The notes: generated from the letters alone by a model not told the origin. 64,000 nucleotides of DNA from an uncultured delta proteobacterium (GCA_963736855.1 CAVTQK010000023.1:1-64000), one strand, 5' to 3'; counted from the first letter of the stretch, positions 29,766 through 41,036 are shown. A program made the numbers and translations.

Positions 29766-29996
29766 ATGGATAAATAGATCTTATCCCATGTCGGGGTTTC
29801 ATATCAAGTAAAGATTGCCTTAGTTACCCCATGATGTCAATGAAACCGCTTTTTTCGGTTTTAACTATTTGCGTAAGCGAGGAGGGTGGGAGTGAACCCG
29901 ACCGTTTTTTACTAATTAAATGCCGTGTTCACAACTGGGGCAAGACAGATGACACCGCTTCAAGAAACGCGTGTTTGGGTGAAACTCAAAAACCAA

Positions 29997-31901
29997 TTAC
30001 AGCTCATCGGCCCCAACATCATATCCAGGCCCCTTGGGTCTGGCTTCACAATCCACATCGTTTGTCACTTCCGCAAGGGTCCGGCCCTGGTCTACGACAC
30101 TGGAAACGGGTGTCGACAGGTGAAAATTACCGTTTGCAATGTCAATGAACCAGGGGGCCTGCGCATCCGTTACATTATTTTCAACAGAACCGCTGCCGCC
30201 ATCTCTGCCGGCAATTTGAGCATTGGTCAGATTGTTGACAATTAAGACTCCCTGGGTTGCGGGGAAGCGATACTCGATTGAATTCGGATAATTCTCTGAA
30301 AAAACCGTATTGTTAAGAACCAGCGTTCCGTTTGAGGTTTCCAATCCTATCCCGACATCCCGGGTGGTGTAAACGCCGTTGTTCCGGATAATCCCTCCAT
30401 GGTGGCCTCGATCTCCCAGACCAAAACCAATCCCTCTATCGCAATTGATGATGGTATTTCTTTCAACAACGGTGTTTGTCGATCCGGACCAGAAATGTAT
30501 CGCAAATTCTGCAAGGTCGGCCTCCGGACTTCGAATCCACCGGAATATATTGTCCCGAATAATCCAGTTGTGGGCCTGATGGGCATCGATTCCCCCGATG
30601 TAATATTGGGGGCCAACGCCTGCGCTGTATTCAAACAAGCACCATTCAACCAAACCGTTTTCCGAACTGATGCCATCCCCTTCCCTGTAAGATACTTTCA
30701 GCATTTGCTCTCCCGTATCGACCATATGGACATCGTGAACGATCGCATTGTCCGCATCGCTGTGGATCTGGATGGCATGATTCGCCACCCAGCCGATGGT
30801 CATGTTGGCAACCGTAAAGAAGCTCCCAGGGACGTTAAAAATATGCGAAACACCTCCAAACATGCCCTGTCCTTGAATAATGACTGAATCACGGTTTCCC
30901 GAACTGCTGCGAAACATCACATTGTTACCGCTGATCCACAGCATCTGGTCCAGTACATACGTTCCATCCTCCAAGACGATGGTAACATTCCCCGTGGCAT
31001 TGGCGCTTTGGACGGCATTCATCAACTCCGTCACATTACGCACGACAATCTGTGTGCCGGAATCCGGTGGTGGGACTCGGGGGCAAAGCGATTGTAAAAG
31101 ATGTGTTGGGGATTGAGCCCCATGAGATTCGGAAGCAGGTTGCCAACCTGCGATATTTGCCATCATCCACCAGAAGGTTTTGCCTTTCTGAAAACAATTG
31201 AAGCAATGAGAATGAGCGCATTCTTCGCAAGGCGGACAAGCCTGATTGGAACACCAGGTCTCACACCATTCACAGCAGTCCGAGCCATAAGGGTAGTAAT
31301 TCCCTATCGGATCATAGCTTTCGATATCTGCAAAATCGAAAAGAACTTTATTGTATGCGGCACAATACGAACGGATCCTATTGTTATTGGCATACAAGGT
31401 TTCAGAGGGCCCCCCACCATCAAGATGCCCGGTCATGTAAACAAAAATGATCCCTGGAAACTCCAGTTCAAGTTGGGCCATCTGTGTTAAATACCAATCG
31501 ACTTCTGGGGGGGTTATCCATGACAGTTGACCACACCATGACCACATGACCATATTAATCTGAGGATTGCTTGCGAGGAAATCTCTTGTGATGGTAGGCC
31601 AGGAAGAATCTCCTAAATCCGTCCAGTCATTATCATAAATGACCGGCGGTGCATAAAGATTCGGATTTTGGGCATTCAACATCTGGAGGCCTGTAACAAT
31701 TTGACTTCCATGAGAGGTGTGGCCGTAAAAAACATGATAATTGGATTGAATTTGGCTGAAATAAGGCTCGGGAATATTGGGAAATGCGGAGGTGGCTTGA
31801 TGGTCTGCAGTCAGGCTCCAGGAGGTTGTGGGAAAAGCGACAAAGAAAAGCCCTAATATCAATACTACGGTGAGGTAGTAATGCTGAATTCTTTTTTTCA
31901 T
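29997..31901 (-). CDS. Secreted two-domain protein: Cys/Trp-rich N-terminal domain plus right-handed beta-helix
   Basis: Signal peptide; 'VLEDGTY', N-rich repeats, terminal 'RPKGPGYDVGADE'. Confidence 0.8.
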   Translation of the reverse strand: MKKRIQHYYLTVVLILGLFFVAFPTTSWSLTADHQATSAFPNIPEPYFSQIQSNYHVFYGHTSHGSQIVTGLQMLNAQNPNLYAPPVIYDNDWTDLGDSSWPTITRDFLASNPQINMVMWSWCGQLSWITPPEVDWYLTQMAQLELEFPGIIFVYMTGHLDGGGPSETLYANNNRIRSYCAAYNKVLFDFADIESYDPIGNYYPYGSDCCEWCETWCSNQACPPCEECAHSHCFNCFQKGKTFWWMMANIAGWQPASESHGAQSPTHLLQSLCPRVPPPDSGTQIVVRNVTELMNAVQSANATGNVTIVLEDGTYVLDQMLWISGNNVMFRSSSGNRDSVIIQGQGMFGGVSHIFNVPGSFFTVANMTIGWVANHAIQIHSDADNAIVHDVHMVDTGEQMLKVSYREGDGISSENGLVEWCLFEYSAGVGPQYYIGGIDAHQAHNWIIRDNIFRWIRSPEADLAEFAIHFWSGSTNTVVERNTIINCDRGIGFGLGDRGHHGGIIRNNGVYTTRDVGIGLETSNGTLVLNNTVFSENYPNSIEYRFPATQGVLIVNNLTNAQIAGRDGGSGSVENNVTDAQAPWFIDIANGNFHLSTPVSSVVDQGRTLAEVTNDVDCEARPKGPGYDVGADEL

Positions 31902-32011
31902 CGTTCTCTCCTTTCTCCGTGATATAAATGACCGGCGGATCATGATTCTTTCTTCATGAAAGCAGACGATTCGGCATTTTTCAATGACCAACCGGATCGA
32001 AAAAATGTACA

Positions 32012-33250
32012 TCAATTCACCTTCCAAACATGAACTGCGGCGGCATTTTCATTTAGATGCCCACCGAATCCTTTCTCAACCATGAAAACCCGTTTTCCCA
32101 CTGCATCCACCGTCAGATCCCCGGTTTGACCACATGAGACTCCATCGGAACCGTTCAACAAGAATTCCTGTGGAATCCATACGGCATAAGGAACTGCGGT
32201 CCATGGATCCCGCTGCCCCAAGGCCACCTGGCCCAGTTCATCCACATCATAAAAAACAACCTGCCTCTGGTAAGGGTCACAATGATACCCTTTGCTATCC
32301 AGACAGGCTCCGGATGGTGGTTCTCCATAATAATTTGAACCCAATCCTTTTATTCCCAGCAATAAGATGGCTCGATTGGCGCCGCTTTCGACAAAGCCTC
32401 CGCCTTCCCATTTGTCGCACATGGTAAACCCCGGATAGTCGCAAAGGGCTTTATCTCCCACGTTGGGTCCCGCACATTCCGGATAGCGAATGCGATACCA
32501 GAGCATCGGCACGGCATCCATGGGGCCACTGGGATTTTCTTCCGACCAGGGATGAAAGGCAAATAATGTGGGTCCCATACTCCCGTTGAAAGCCCCTCGG
32601 GTCTTTCCGGTGACGAGAATCCTTCCTCCTAAATATTGATCGGCATACCCCTGAGGGACGGTAAAGAGGAAATCCCCCGCTTTATTTCCGTGATAAGGGA
32701 GTGTAGTCGGACCCACATGATAAGGTCCCCGGGGATTGGATCCATCCATCTCTGAAAACCAGATAGTGGGGTGGGTATCGTCAACCACCCCGTACCATTG
32801 ATCGATGCTACCATATAGCTTGTCGCTTCCCTGAGACCCGCGGCGTGGGACACATGCAATGCCGCTGGCAAAGGCGGTGTCCGGACTCACACTTTCAACG
32901 ATATTACCGTCAAAGTTGATCATGCCGGAAAGCAACCTGGCGACAGGTAAGCTCCCATAGTCTCTCGAGATAACGGGCTGTGGAATTTCAGCATGGGCAA
33001 ATTCCGCCTGATTGAGATCAAACCCGATAATTAACAATGAACCGGCGCCGCCGTTTCCCTGGGGATAATACACCATTCCACGTGCTCCCCAGTTGAACTC
33101 TCCGGAAAGACGAAACGCCCCTTGATAGACAAGGTTTCCCGGCACAAGGCGAGCGGCATGGGACACAATGCTATTTGGTGCTGAAAAAAAGAACCATACA
33201 CAACCGAAAAAAACCGTCGTCAGCGTCCACCTGTTTTTCATCGCAAACAC
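32012..33250 (-). CDS. Secreted hypothetical protein
   Basis: Signal peptide, 412-aa Gly-rich ORF, 'LVYQGAFRL'. Confidence 0.75.
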   Translation of the reverse strand: MFAMKNRWTLTTVFFGCVWFFFSAPNSIVSHAARLVPGNLVYQGAFRLSGEFNWGARGMVYYPQGNGGAGSLLIIGFDLNQAEFAHAEIPQPVISRDYGSLPVARLLSGMINFDGNIVESVSPDTAFASGIACVPRRGSQGSDKLYGSIDQWYGVVDDTHPTIWFSEMDGSNPRGPYHVGPTTLPYHGNKAGDFLFTVPQGYADQYLGGRILVTGKTRGAFNGSMGPTLFAFHPWSEENPSGPMDAVPMLWYRIRYPECAGPNVGDKALCDYPGFTMCDKWEGGGFVESGANRAILLLGIKGLGSNYYGEPPSGACLDSKGYHCDPYQRQVVFYDVDELGQVALGQRDPWTAVPYAVWIPQEFLLNGSDGVSCGQTGDLTVDAVGKRVFMVEKGFGGHLNENAAAVHVWKVN

Positions 33251-33418
33251 TTTTCCTTCCTATCTCACTCATCTCTCTGAAAAAGCCGTGATTCAGCAAA
33301 AAGGTGCGGAGTAAAATTCAGTAATACCTCTATTTTAGTTAACATTAATTTTTTAGAAAATCAAGAAAAAATGAAATGATATTCATGAGGCGGCAGCTGA
33401 AATGTTGAGACTGAATAT

Positions 33419-33572
33419 TGATGGCTTCGTAAAAAGCCCATCTGCTGCGTTGCGCTGTATCCTTCGTCATTGCGGCGTACCCCTATGTACGCCTCATTCC
33501 TCAGGATTTGCGCGCCTTGCATCTGAAGCTTTTTACTTTGCCATCCTAATTTTGAGTTTTTACGATTTTTCA
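33419..33572 (+). mobile_element. MITE-like element, core type A'
   Basis: Same termini; ATAT duplicated on both flanks; matches the reverse copy at 44678. Confidence 0.85.
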
Positions 33573-33597
33573 ATATTATCGGGACAGACCTTGATAC

Positions 33598-34212
33598 TTA
33601 TTTTCCCGAATCGGACCGATATTTGATGCGAAGCAAGCCGGGGCTTTTATGAAAGTACATGAGAGGGGAGTCCATTCCAGCATCGATGAAATATTGTTCA
33701 AGGTCATCGAAGAGAACACGGCGGTCAGGCCAGGTGAAGCTTTTTTTGAAAATTTTAAGATGTTCCCATCTGCGCTTTAGATCCGGATTATTTTTTAAAA
33801 TCTCTCTTTCCGCTCGGTCACAGAGAAACATCTGGCAGACGATCGGTTTCATCTGCCAGGCACATCCGTTTTTGGTCAGATAAATGCATTTGAAACTGGA
33901 GTTGGGCTGATGAAGGAGATCGATCAAAGACTCGATCTGAGCCTTTTCGGACATCATGCAATTGATAGCGACATCGGCAAAAAAAACGATGATCCCTTCA
34001 CGTGTGCAGCAGGCGCTGAGCCGGCTCTGATAGCATGCTGAAGTACAAAGGTCCTTTAAATGAGTTTCAAGAAAACCATCGACATCCTTTCGAAAGACAA
34101 GATAATCGGAGAGGGTCGCTTTAAGAGCCGATCTGGCCAAGATTTCCAGAGAAATCCAATGATCTTGGACCATACGGTAGGCATCGACGTGTTCCCTTTG
34201 ATAATCATCCAT
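33598..34212 (-). CDS. Cysteine-cluster protein (YkgJ/CxxCxxCC-like)
   Basis: C-x3-C-x6-CC ... CIYL...GC...KPIVC...C. Confidence 0.6.
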   Translation of the reverse strand: MDDYQREHVDAYRMVQDHWISLEILARSALKATLSDYLVFRKDVDGFLETHLKDLCTSACYQSRLSACCTREGIIVFFADVAINCMMSEKAQIESLIDLLHQPNSSFKCIYLTKNGCAWQMKPIVCQMFLCDRAEREILKNNPDLKRRWEHLKIFKKSFTWPDRRVLFDDLEQYFIDAGMDSPLMYFHKSPGLLRIKYRSDSGK

Positions 34213-34395
34213 TTTGATGAGCCGGTTAAACGGGTATGGATCTTTCCTGCTCCCCGCTCAATCCTTGTTCCCGGTCTCGATTTGAAATCCGGCCCTCACT
34301 TTCTTCGAGGTGAAGGACCATAAATCAATCTCAATGATCGACTACAGCTATCGCTCAGGCGCTTTCGTCATGCGTCAAGGTATGGCTTGGACCCT

Positions 34396-35940
34396 CTAAC
34401 CCAAGGTCCCGGCGGTTTTTAGCTTTTCTTGCGCGATAAACGTCACTTTTAACAAGACCGTTTGAAATATCGACATAAGAGATACATACAAAAACCCCAT
34501 CTGGAAAAGTACCATGAACGGTATGCAGGAATACATGCCTTTTTGAAATGCAAGGAACACGGAAAAACTGAAATAAATCCCCAGACCCAGTTCAAGGATT
34601 GTGGATGGGTTCGCTGTTCCCTTGTATTTCTTGCTCAACCAAGACCGGTCCTTGCATGATGAGATGTTAAATTTCGGCGTGCGTTTAAATTCGCAATTTT
34701 TGCCGCATAGGGCTTCAAACACTGCTTTGGAATTATTGATGCACATCGCCAGGCCTATGCTGAAAAGAGCCGGCAGATACAGAATGCCTTTATACCATCG
34801 TTTGGTGGTTTCCTGGTAAGCCAGAAGGTAGAAAAATCCGACACTGATAGTCGTCAATAAAAAAACAGCAGCGTTCGCTATCCAAAAGAGATCAGGCTCT
34901 TTACCTTTTGAAAAAAAAATCGATAGGGGCATCAGTAGTGAAAGAAAAAACACCATCACATAGGCAAAATTCGACAGAAGATGAAAACATGCTTCAACTT
35001 TTACCCGAAGAGGTTGTTCACTTTTCTGAACGAGCGGCAATATCTTCCGTGCCGTCTGAATACCGCCTTTGACCCAACGATGCTGCTGGGTCTTGAAGCT
35101 GTTCATTTCAACCGGCAGTTCCCCAGGAACGACCACTTCCGGAAGGAAGATGAAATGCCATCCTTTCAATTGAGCCCTGTAGCTGAGATCCACATCTTCG
35201 GTCAACGTATCATAATGCCAGCCGCCTGCATCCTCAATACAAGACTTCCTCCATATGCCGGCAGTTCCGTTGAAGTTGAAAAATCTTCCGGATCGATTTC
35301 TGGCCGCATGTTCAAGTATGAAATGGCCATCCAGTAGCATTGCTTGAACTTCGGTAAGCAGATGATAAGATCGATTGGTATGCCCCCATCTTGCTTGAAC
35401 CATTCCAACTTCAGGGTGGGAAAAATGGTGGATCGTGTTCAATAGAAAATCCGGTTGAGGAATAAAATCGGAATCAAAAATGGCGATAAATTCGCCTTTG
35501 GCGTGCTTGAGACCGTTTTCAAGCGCTCCGGCTTTGAACCCGGTTCGTTCCTTTCGATGAATGTGAATGATATGTCTCCCTTTTTCTTTATAGGCTTCTA
35601 CAAGCTTCCTGCAAGAGTCAGACGTTCCGTCCGTTGAGTCGTCGAGAATTTGGATTTCCATCAGTTCTTCCGGATAGTCAATTGAAAGGACCGCCTCAAC
35701 CAGCCGTTCAATAACATAAATCTCGTTGTATATGGGAAGTTGGATAGTAACCGAGGGAAGTATTTTAAATCTTCCTGAAGGTATGGGCGATTTGTGCTTG
35801 GTCTTAAAATATAGTAAGATGATGTAAAGCCGGTGAAGACCGAATATGCTTAAACCACAAATAAGCGAAAAATATAATGCCCAATAAATCTGTCCTTTTC
35901 CGTATTCGAACCATGTTACCATTTGAATCGCATCGAGCAT
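34396..35940 (-). CDS. Processive GT2 glycosyltransferase (cellulose-synthase-like)
   Basis: 'QLPIYNE', 'GFKAGAL', DSD, TED and QQHRW motifs; multiple TM segments. Confidence 0.92.
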   Translation of the reverse strand: MLDAIQMVTWFEYGKGQIYWALYFSLICGLSIFGLHRLYIILLYFKTKHKSPIPSGRFKILPSVTIQLPIYNEIYVIERLVEAVLSIDYPEELMEIQILDDSTDGTSDSCRKLVEAYKEKGRHIIHIHRKERTGFKAGALENGLKHAKGEFIAIFDSDFIPQPDFLLNTIHHFSHPEVGMVQARWGHTNRSYHLLTEVQAMLLDGHFILEHAARNRSGRFFNFNGTAGIWRKSCIEDAGGWHYDTLTEDVDLSYRAQLKGWHFIFLPEVVVPGELPVEMNSFKTQQHRWVKGGIQTARKILPLVQKSEQPLRVKVEACFHLLSNFAYVMVFFLSLLMPLSIFFSKGKEPDLFWIANAAVFLLTTISVGFFYLLAYQETTKRWYKGILYLPALFSIGLAMCINNSKAVFEALCGKNCEFKRTPKFNISSCKDRSWLSKKYKGTANPSTILELGLGIYFSFSVFLAFQKGMYSCIPFMVLFQMGFLYVSLMSIFQTVLLKVTFIAQEKLKTAGTLG

Positions 35941-36322
35941 GAATTACTCCTATATTTAATCTTCCGCGTATTTTAAGCCCTTTATTGGCCTAAAAACTCA
36001 TGCTAAAAAAAAAGACCTCCTTTTTAAAGGGGCCTCTTTAGAGATTTTTCAAACATAAACCCTCATTTGGCCTATTGAGGATTTTATCTTTTAATATTTT
36101 CAAATATTTTTATAATGCTTTTATTTTTCAAATTTGTCAATATCTCAATTTGGTTAAATATAACTAATTGAAATTATTTATTTTTTGTTCATTTTTTCAT
36201 TCGAAGGAAAACCTGAAACGGTTTAAATCAATAAGACTTCATCCTCAAGGAATCGAAACTTTTAATCCTTGTGATAAAGAAAAAACAGACACCGGAAAGC
36301 TTGGGGTGGATGGACAGAAATT

Positions 36323-37042
36323 TTAAGCCGAATAATTTTTACTTCTATCCCTCAGTGGCTCGTGCTTCACAGAGAGGATTACCAGCGATCTTTCCGACTG
36401 GATAGAAGGCAATGAATAGGCCTGAATCTGAATCGAAAATCGGACAATATCCTGACCGGCAATAACGTCCTCGAGAACACCCAGTTCTTCGTCAATGTTT
36501 CCACCTTTCCAGGCAATCATACGGCCATGAATACCGACGAACGGTAAGGCCAAATAAAAAAACTCCTTCAAAGTAGAAAGTGCCCGACTGACCACCACGT
36601 CAAAGGATCCGGCAAACCCGACCTTTTCGGCAAGCTCTTGAGCTCGGATATGATGAGCTTCTGATTCATCTAATCGCAGCACCCTGATCGCATGTTTTAA
36701 AAAAGTAATTTTTTTCCGGGAGCTGTCAATGAGAACCAAAGTCAGGTCCGGCAGCATCACCTTCAAGGGAATACCCGGAAATCCGCCGCCAGAGCCAATA
36801 TCGAGGAGCCGGCCTTTCGGAGGAACCCAGCGAAGGGCTGCCAAAGAATCCAGGTAATGGTTGACCGCCACTTTCATGGGATCCGTAATGGCGGTAAGAT
36901 TTATTTTTTCATTGAACTTCATCAGTTCAACGGCATGGATGGAAAGACGATCCATTTCTGCCTTACCGATGGGAGCACCCATTTCCGCCGATCCATCGCG
37001 AAGAATTTTTCTCCATTTATCCGACCCGATGATCATCTCCAT
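36323..37042 (-). CDS. rsmG: 16S rRNA m7G527 methyltransferase
   Basis: 'NLTAI', 'HYLDSL', 'DIGSGGGFPGIPL', 'VVSRAL'. Confidence 0.95.
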   Translation of the reverse strand: MEMIIGSDKWRKILRDGSAEMGAPIGKAEMDRLSIHAVELMKFNEKINLTAITDPMKVAVNHYLDSLAALRWVPPKGRLLDIGSGGGFPGIPLKVMLPDLTLVLIDSSRKKITFLKHAIRVLRLDESEAHHIRAQELAEKVGFAGSFDVVVSRALSTLKEFFYLALPFVGIHGRMIAWKGGNIDEELGVLEDVIAGQDIVRFSIQIQAYSLPSIQSERSLVILSVKHEPLRDRSKNYSA

Positions 37043-37144
37043 CTATCTGCCGACCCGATGGGATAAAAGTATTGGGGCGCCAACAATGTAACCTCCCCTG
37101 CCTTTTGAAACTCTCTTGTTTCATGCCAGGCTTCAGACAAGGAT

Positions 37145-37324
37145 TGATGGCTTCGTAAAAAGTCCAATTTCTGCGTTGCGCTTCATCCCGTTGCGATTTC
37201 GACGTACGATAAGTACGCCTCATCACACGGGATTCGCGACGCCTTGAACTTGAACTTTTTACTTTGCCATCTGATTTTCGACTTTTTACGAGTTCGTCAA
37301 TTTTGAGTTTTTACGATTTCATCA
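37145..37324 (+). mobile_element. MITE-like element, type A with an extra right-end module
   Basis: AGGAT duplicated on both flanks; three stacked right-end repeats. Confidence 0.85.
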
Positions 37325-37328
37325 AGGA

Positions 37329-37357
37329 TTGACCGCCACAATAAAAGATGTTATAAT
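37329..37357 (+). promoter_or_regulatory. sigma70 promoter immediately flanking the element
   Basis: TTGACC-N17-TATAAT with extended TG. Confidence 0.65.
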
Positions 37358-37588
37358 CTTCGATAATTAGAGAAGGATTCTAAATATACGGTCCTGAACG
37401 CCTGGCACCTAAAAAAATCTATCATAGGTGAATCAAAACCAAAAGGAAAATCCTCCCGCATGTAGATGTATCTATTCTAGTCAAAACTCACAACGGGCCG
37501 TTCCATAAAAGACGCCGATAACCGCGGTGCAATCCACTGAACACATTCAACTTGCGGTGGATTTTCCGACGGTGCGGGGTACGGACAG

Positions 37589-38326
37589 ATGAGATCCAGA
37601 AGTCGTAACACCTTCAAGTCGTTTGAAGAACTGACTCGATTTTTGATCGAACACCGATCAAAACAACGCCAAAGGGAAACAACGACGTATTTAAAAGGAG
37701 CTGAAGGATCCATTGCCGTCGAAACCGATGATATGCAGGCGTTCCAAGAGGCCATGCGCGGCGTCACCCCTTTGTCACGATCAGATTGGTCTGAAGACTC
37801 ACCATCCATGCCTTTAAATCCTTTGATAGGACAGAGCGACAGAAAGGATCAAGAAATTGCACAGCTTGAGGCCCTCGTCGAATCCGGCGCAGGATTTATG
37901 GTGGCACAAACCTCGGAATACGTCGAAGGGATAGGGTATCGGGTCCGTCCTGAAATCACAACCCGCCTTCACATGGGGGATTTCTCTATTCAGTCCCACA
38001 TCGATCTGCATGGATTCGGCGTCAAACTTGCCAAGGAAACCTTGGACTGCTTCCTGAAAGACGCGATCCGAACCGGAAAGCGGCAGATACTGATTATCCA
38101 CGGCCGGGGCTTATCGTCCCCTTCCAAACCGGTACTCAAGACCATGATCTGCGAATGGCTGACCGCTGGCTCCTGGCGTAAATGGGTGATCGCCTTTACC
38201 AGTGCCAGACTCTGCGACGGAGGTTCGGGCGCTACTTATGTGCTGCTTAGGCGCCGACCATTAACCCACCGTTTCAAAAAGAAAAGGCTGAATCCGGAAG
38301 ATTTTCAAAAGGTGCCCTTAGCCTGA
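37589..38326 (+). CDS. Smr-domain protein
   Basis: 'IDLHG', 'IIHGRGLSS', 'DGGSGATYVLL'. Confidence 0.9.
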   Translation: MRSRSRNTFKSFEELTRFLIEHRSKQRQRETTTYLKGAEGSIAVETDDMQAFQEAMRGVTPLSRSDWSEDSPSMPLNPLIGQSDRKDQEIAQLEALVESGAGFMVAQTSEYVEGIGYRVRPEITTRLHMGDFSIQSHIDLHGFGVKLAKETLDCFLKDAIRTGKRQILIIHGRGLSSPSKPVLKTMICEWLTAGSWRKWVIAFTSARLCDGGSGATYVLLRRRPLTHRFKKKRLNPEDFQKVPLA

Positions 38327-38484
38327 AAGCGCATCGGACTTGTGAGTCGGCCATCATCGCCTTCTAATTGTATTCGTGATGGATGATTTTACTCTGCATT
38401 GCATAAAAAACATGATAAGGTATAGATAAAAAGAATGATAAAAGGGCATTTGAATATGTTTAGGAATAATTCGCAAATAAACTT

Positions 38485-38676
38485 TAATGGCTTCGTAAAA
38501 AGGTTTTGTGAGCGCCATTCAAGTCTTTTCGGAAAAAGAGAGGCAAAGGGTTGAGCTTTAAAAATCTCAAGCTGTTTGAGGCACTTGTGCCGAGTTCTTG
38601 AGATTTAGCGAAACCCTTTGGATCTTCCGAAAAGACTTGCGGCGCGAGAAAAATCGGCCTTTTTACGATTTCATCA
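38485..38676 (+). mobile_element. MITE-like element, core type B (192 bp)
   Basis: Same termini; ACTT duplicated; long hairpin core; matches the reverse copy at 44482. Confidence 0.85.
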
Positions 38677-38843
38677 ACTTTGGGTGACTTCTAAAACAAA
38701 GAAAAAATTTGTTATGTTTTTATGCAACTGCAGGGTTACTCCGCTCATAAAATAATCGGCATTAAAACCGACAAATTCCAATTCCTATTGAATCTGTTTT
38801 TCGGCTCATCCATGTCTTAATTATCCTATATTTGTTTTTTTCA

Positions 38844-38872
38844 TTGACAAACATATAATATTTATTTATAAT
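38844..38872 (+). promoter_or_regulatory. Consensus sigma70 promoter of fusA
   Basis: TTGACA-N17-TATAAT. Confidence 0.75.
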
Positions 38873-38918
38873 ACAAAATTTTTCGTTAATAACATTAACC
38901 ATAACGTGTTTTGACTAT

Positions 38919-41003
38919 ATGAAAACTGACGTCACCCCAGTAAGAAACATCGGCATCAGTGCCCATATCGATGCTGGAAAGACCACGCTCACGGAGCGTA
39001 TCCTGTATTACACCCAGAGGATCCACACTATTCACGATGTGAAGGGGAAAGACGGGGTAGGCGCCACCATGGATTTCATGGAACTGGAAAGAGAGCGAGG
39101 AATTACCATCACCTCAGCCGCCACATTTTGCGAGTGGAAAAGTCATGAAATCAATATCATCGACACGCCCGGGCATGTGGATTTTACCATCGAGGTGGAG
39201 CGGTCCTTGAGAATCCTGGACGGCGCTGTCCTTGTCCTGTGTTCGGTGGGTGGAGTTCAATCCCAGTCTATTACCGTAAACCACCAGATGAACCGCTATC
39301 AAATCCCGTGCATCGCGTTCATCAACAAGTGTGATCGTATCGGGGCCAATCCGACGCGGGTCATCCATCAAATCAAAGAGAAGCTCGGTCATAATGCAGT
39401 GGCTTTGCAACTTCCCATCGGCCTGGAGGCTGACTTTTCCGGCGTGGTGGACTTGATCCGCATGAAGGCCCTTTATTTCGATGGAGACAAGGGGGAAACC
39501 GTCCGGATCGAACCGATCCCCGAAACCCTCGTGGAAGAAGCCATGAAAAGCAGGGAAGCAATCATCGATGCCGCCTCCATGTTTTCAGACGAGCTGATGG
39601 AGGCCGCCCTCGATGACCGGGTCACCGAAAACCTGCTGATGGCGGTTTTAAGAAAAGCCACCATCTCCCGAGACATCATGCCGGTTTTTTTGGGTTCGGC
39701 ATATAAAAACAAAGGCGTCCAACCGCTTTTAGATGCCGTCACTCAGTTCCTCCCTTCTCCAGCCGATATCAAAAATACGGCCCTGGACATGAATCGGGAA
39801 AATGCAATCGTAGAACTCAAAAGCGATCCCACGGAACCCCTCGTGGCGCTGTCGTTCAAGCTGGAAGACGGTCCCTATGGCCAGCTGACCTATATCCGTG
39901 TGTATCAGGGAACCCTTTCCAAAGGGGATGTCGTCCAGAACGCACGCACCGAAAAAACCCTTAAGGTGGGACGTGTGGTGCGTATACACGCCGACAAGAT
40001 GGAAGATATCGGGGCCATCCCGGCAGGCGTTATCGGCGCCCTGTTCGGAGTCGACTGCTACTCGGGAGACACTTTTGTGAGCCCGGGTCTCAATCTCTCC
40101 ATGACCTCCATGCACGTACCGGAACCCGTGATTTCCCTGGCCCTTCTTCCTCAAGGAAACAAGTCCCAGATGAACATATCCAAGGCGTTGGAACGATTCA
40201 CCAAGGAAGATCCCACTTTTAAGACTCATGTGGACGAAGAAACCGGTGAGACCATTATCTCGGGTATGGGGGAACTCCATCTGGAAATCTATGTTGAGCG
40301 GATGCGACGTGAATATAGCGCCGAAGTAACCACCGGAATGCCGCGCGTGGCTTACCGGGAAGCCATCACTCAAAGTGCCGATTTCGATTATACCCACAAA
40401 AAGCAAACCGGTGGTTCCGGCCAGTATGGAAGGGTGGTGGGCTATATGGAACCGGCCGTCGGAGAAGATTTTATTTTCGAAAGCCAGGTTGTGGGAGGCG
40501 CCATTCCAAAACCTTTTCTGGCCGCATGCGAAAAGGGTTTCCGCAAGTGTTTGAAAAAAGGTCCGTTTATGGAGTATCCCATCATCGGGATCAAGATCGT
40601 GGTCAACGACGGGAACACCCATCCTGTCGATTCTTCAGATATAGCATTTCAGGCAGCTGCAAGAGGCGCATTCATGCAAGCCTTCAGCAAGGCCAAGCCG
40701 ATGCTCATGGAACCCATCATGAAAGTCGTCGTCGAAACGCCTACCGAGTTCCAGGGGTCGGTCATGGGTTCTCTGAATCAGCGCCGGGGAATCATCGAGG
40801 GCTCCCAAGATGAGGGCCTTTTCTGCGTTATTGAATCGCGCGCTCCCTTATCCGAAATGTTCGGCTATTCCACCGTCTTGAGGTCACTCACCCAGGGCAA
40901 GGCTCAATTTACCATGGAATTTGCCAGTTACCAACCGGTCCCGCGTGCCATTGCCGAAGAACTCGCCAAGAAAAAAGCCGCCCAAAAAGGGAAGCCATCA
41001 TGA
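38919..41003 (+). CDS. fusA: Elongation factor G (stand-alone copy outside the str operon)
   Basis: [23 protein letters not shown], 'GMGELHLE'. Confidence 0.96.
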   Translation: MKTDVTPVRNIGISAHIDAGKTTLTERILYYTQRIHTIHDVKGKDGVGATMDFMELERERGITITSAATFCEWKSHEINIIDTPGHVDFTIEVERSLRILDGAVLVLCSVGGVQSQSITVNHQMNRYQIPCIAFINKCDRIGANPTRVIHQIKEKLGHNAVALQLPIGLEADFSGVVDLIRMKALYFDGDKGETVRIEPIPETLVEEAMKSREAIIDAASMFSDELMEAALDDRVTENLLMAVLRKATISRDIMPVFLGSAYKNKGVQPLLDAVTQFLPSPADIKNTALDMNRENAIVELKSDPTEPLVALSFKLEDGPYGQLTYIRVYQGTLSKGDVVQNARTEKTLKVGRVVRIHADKMEDIGAIPAGVIGALFGVDCYSGDTFVSPGLNLSMTSMHVPEPVISLALLPQGNKSQMNISKALERFTKEDPTFKTHVDEETGETIISGMGELHLEIYVERMRREYSAEVTTGMPRVAYREAITQSADFDYTHKKQTGGSGQYGRVVGYMEPAVGEDFIFESQVVGGAIPKPFLAACEKGFRKCLKKGPFMEYPIIGIKIVVNDGNTHPVDSSDIAFQAAARGAFMQAFSKAKPMLMEPIMKVVVETPTEFQGSVMGSLNQRRGIIEGSQDEGLFCVIESRAPLSEMFGYSTVLRSLTQGKAQFTMEFASYQPVPRAIAEELAKKKAAQKGKPS

Positions 41004-41036
41004 AAACACGAAAAAATTGCCTTTGGAGGTTCATCG

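Noticed and set aside
31200..31290. Cys-rich stretch as a c-type heme site
   Set aside because: CEECAH and CFNCF do not match CxxCH.
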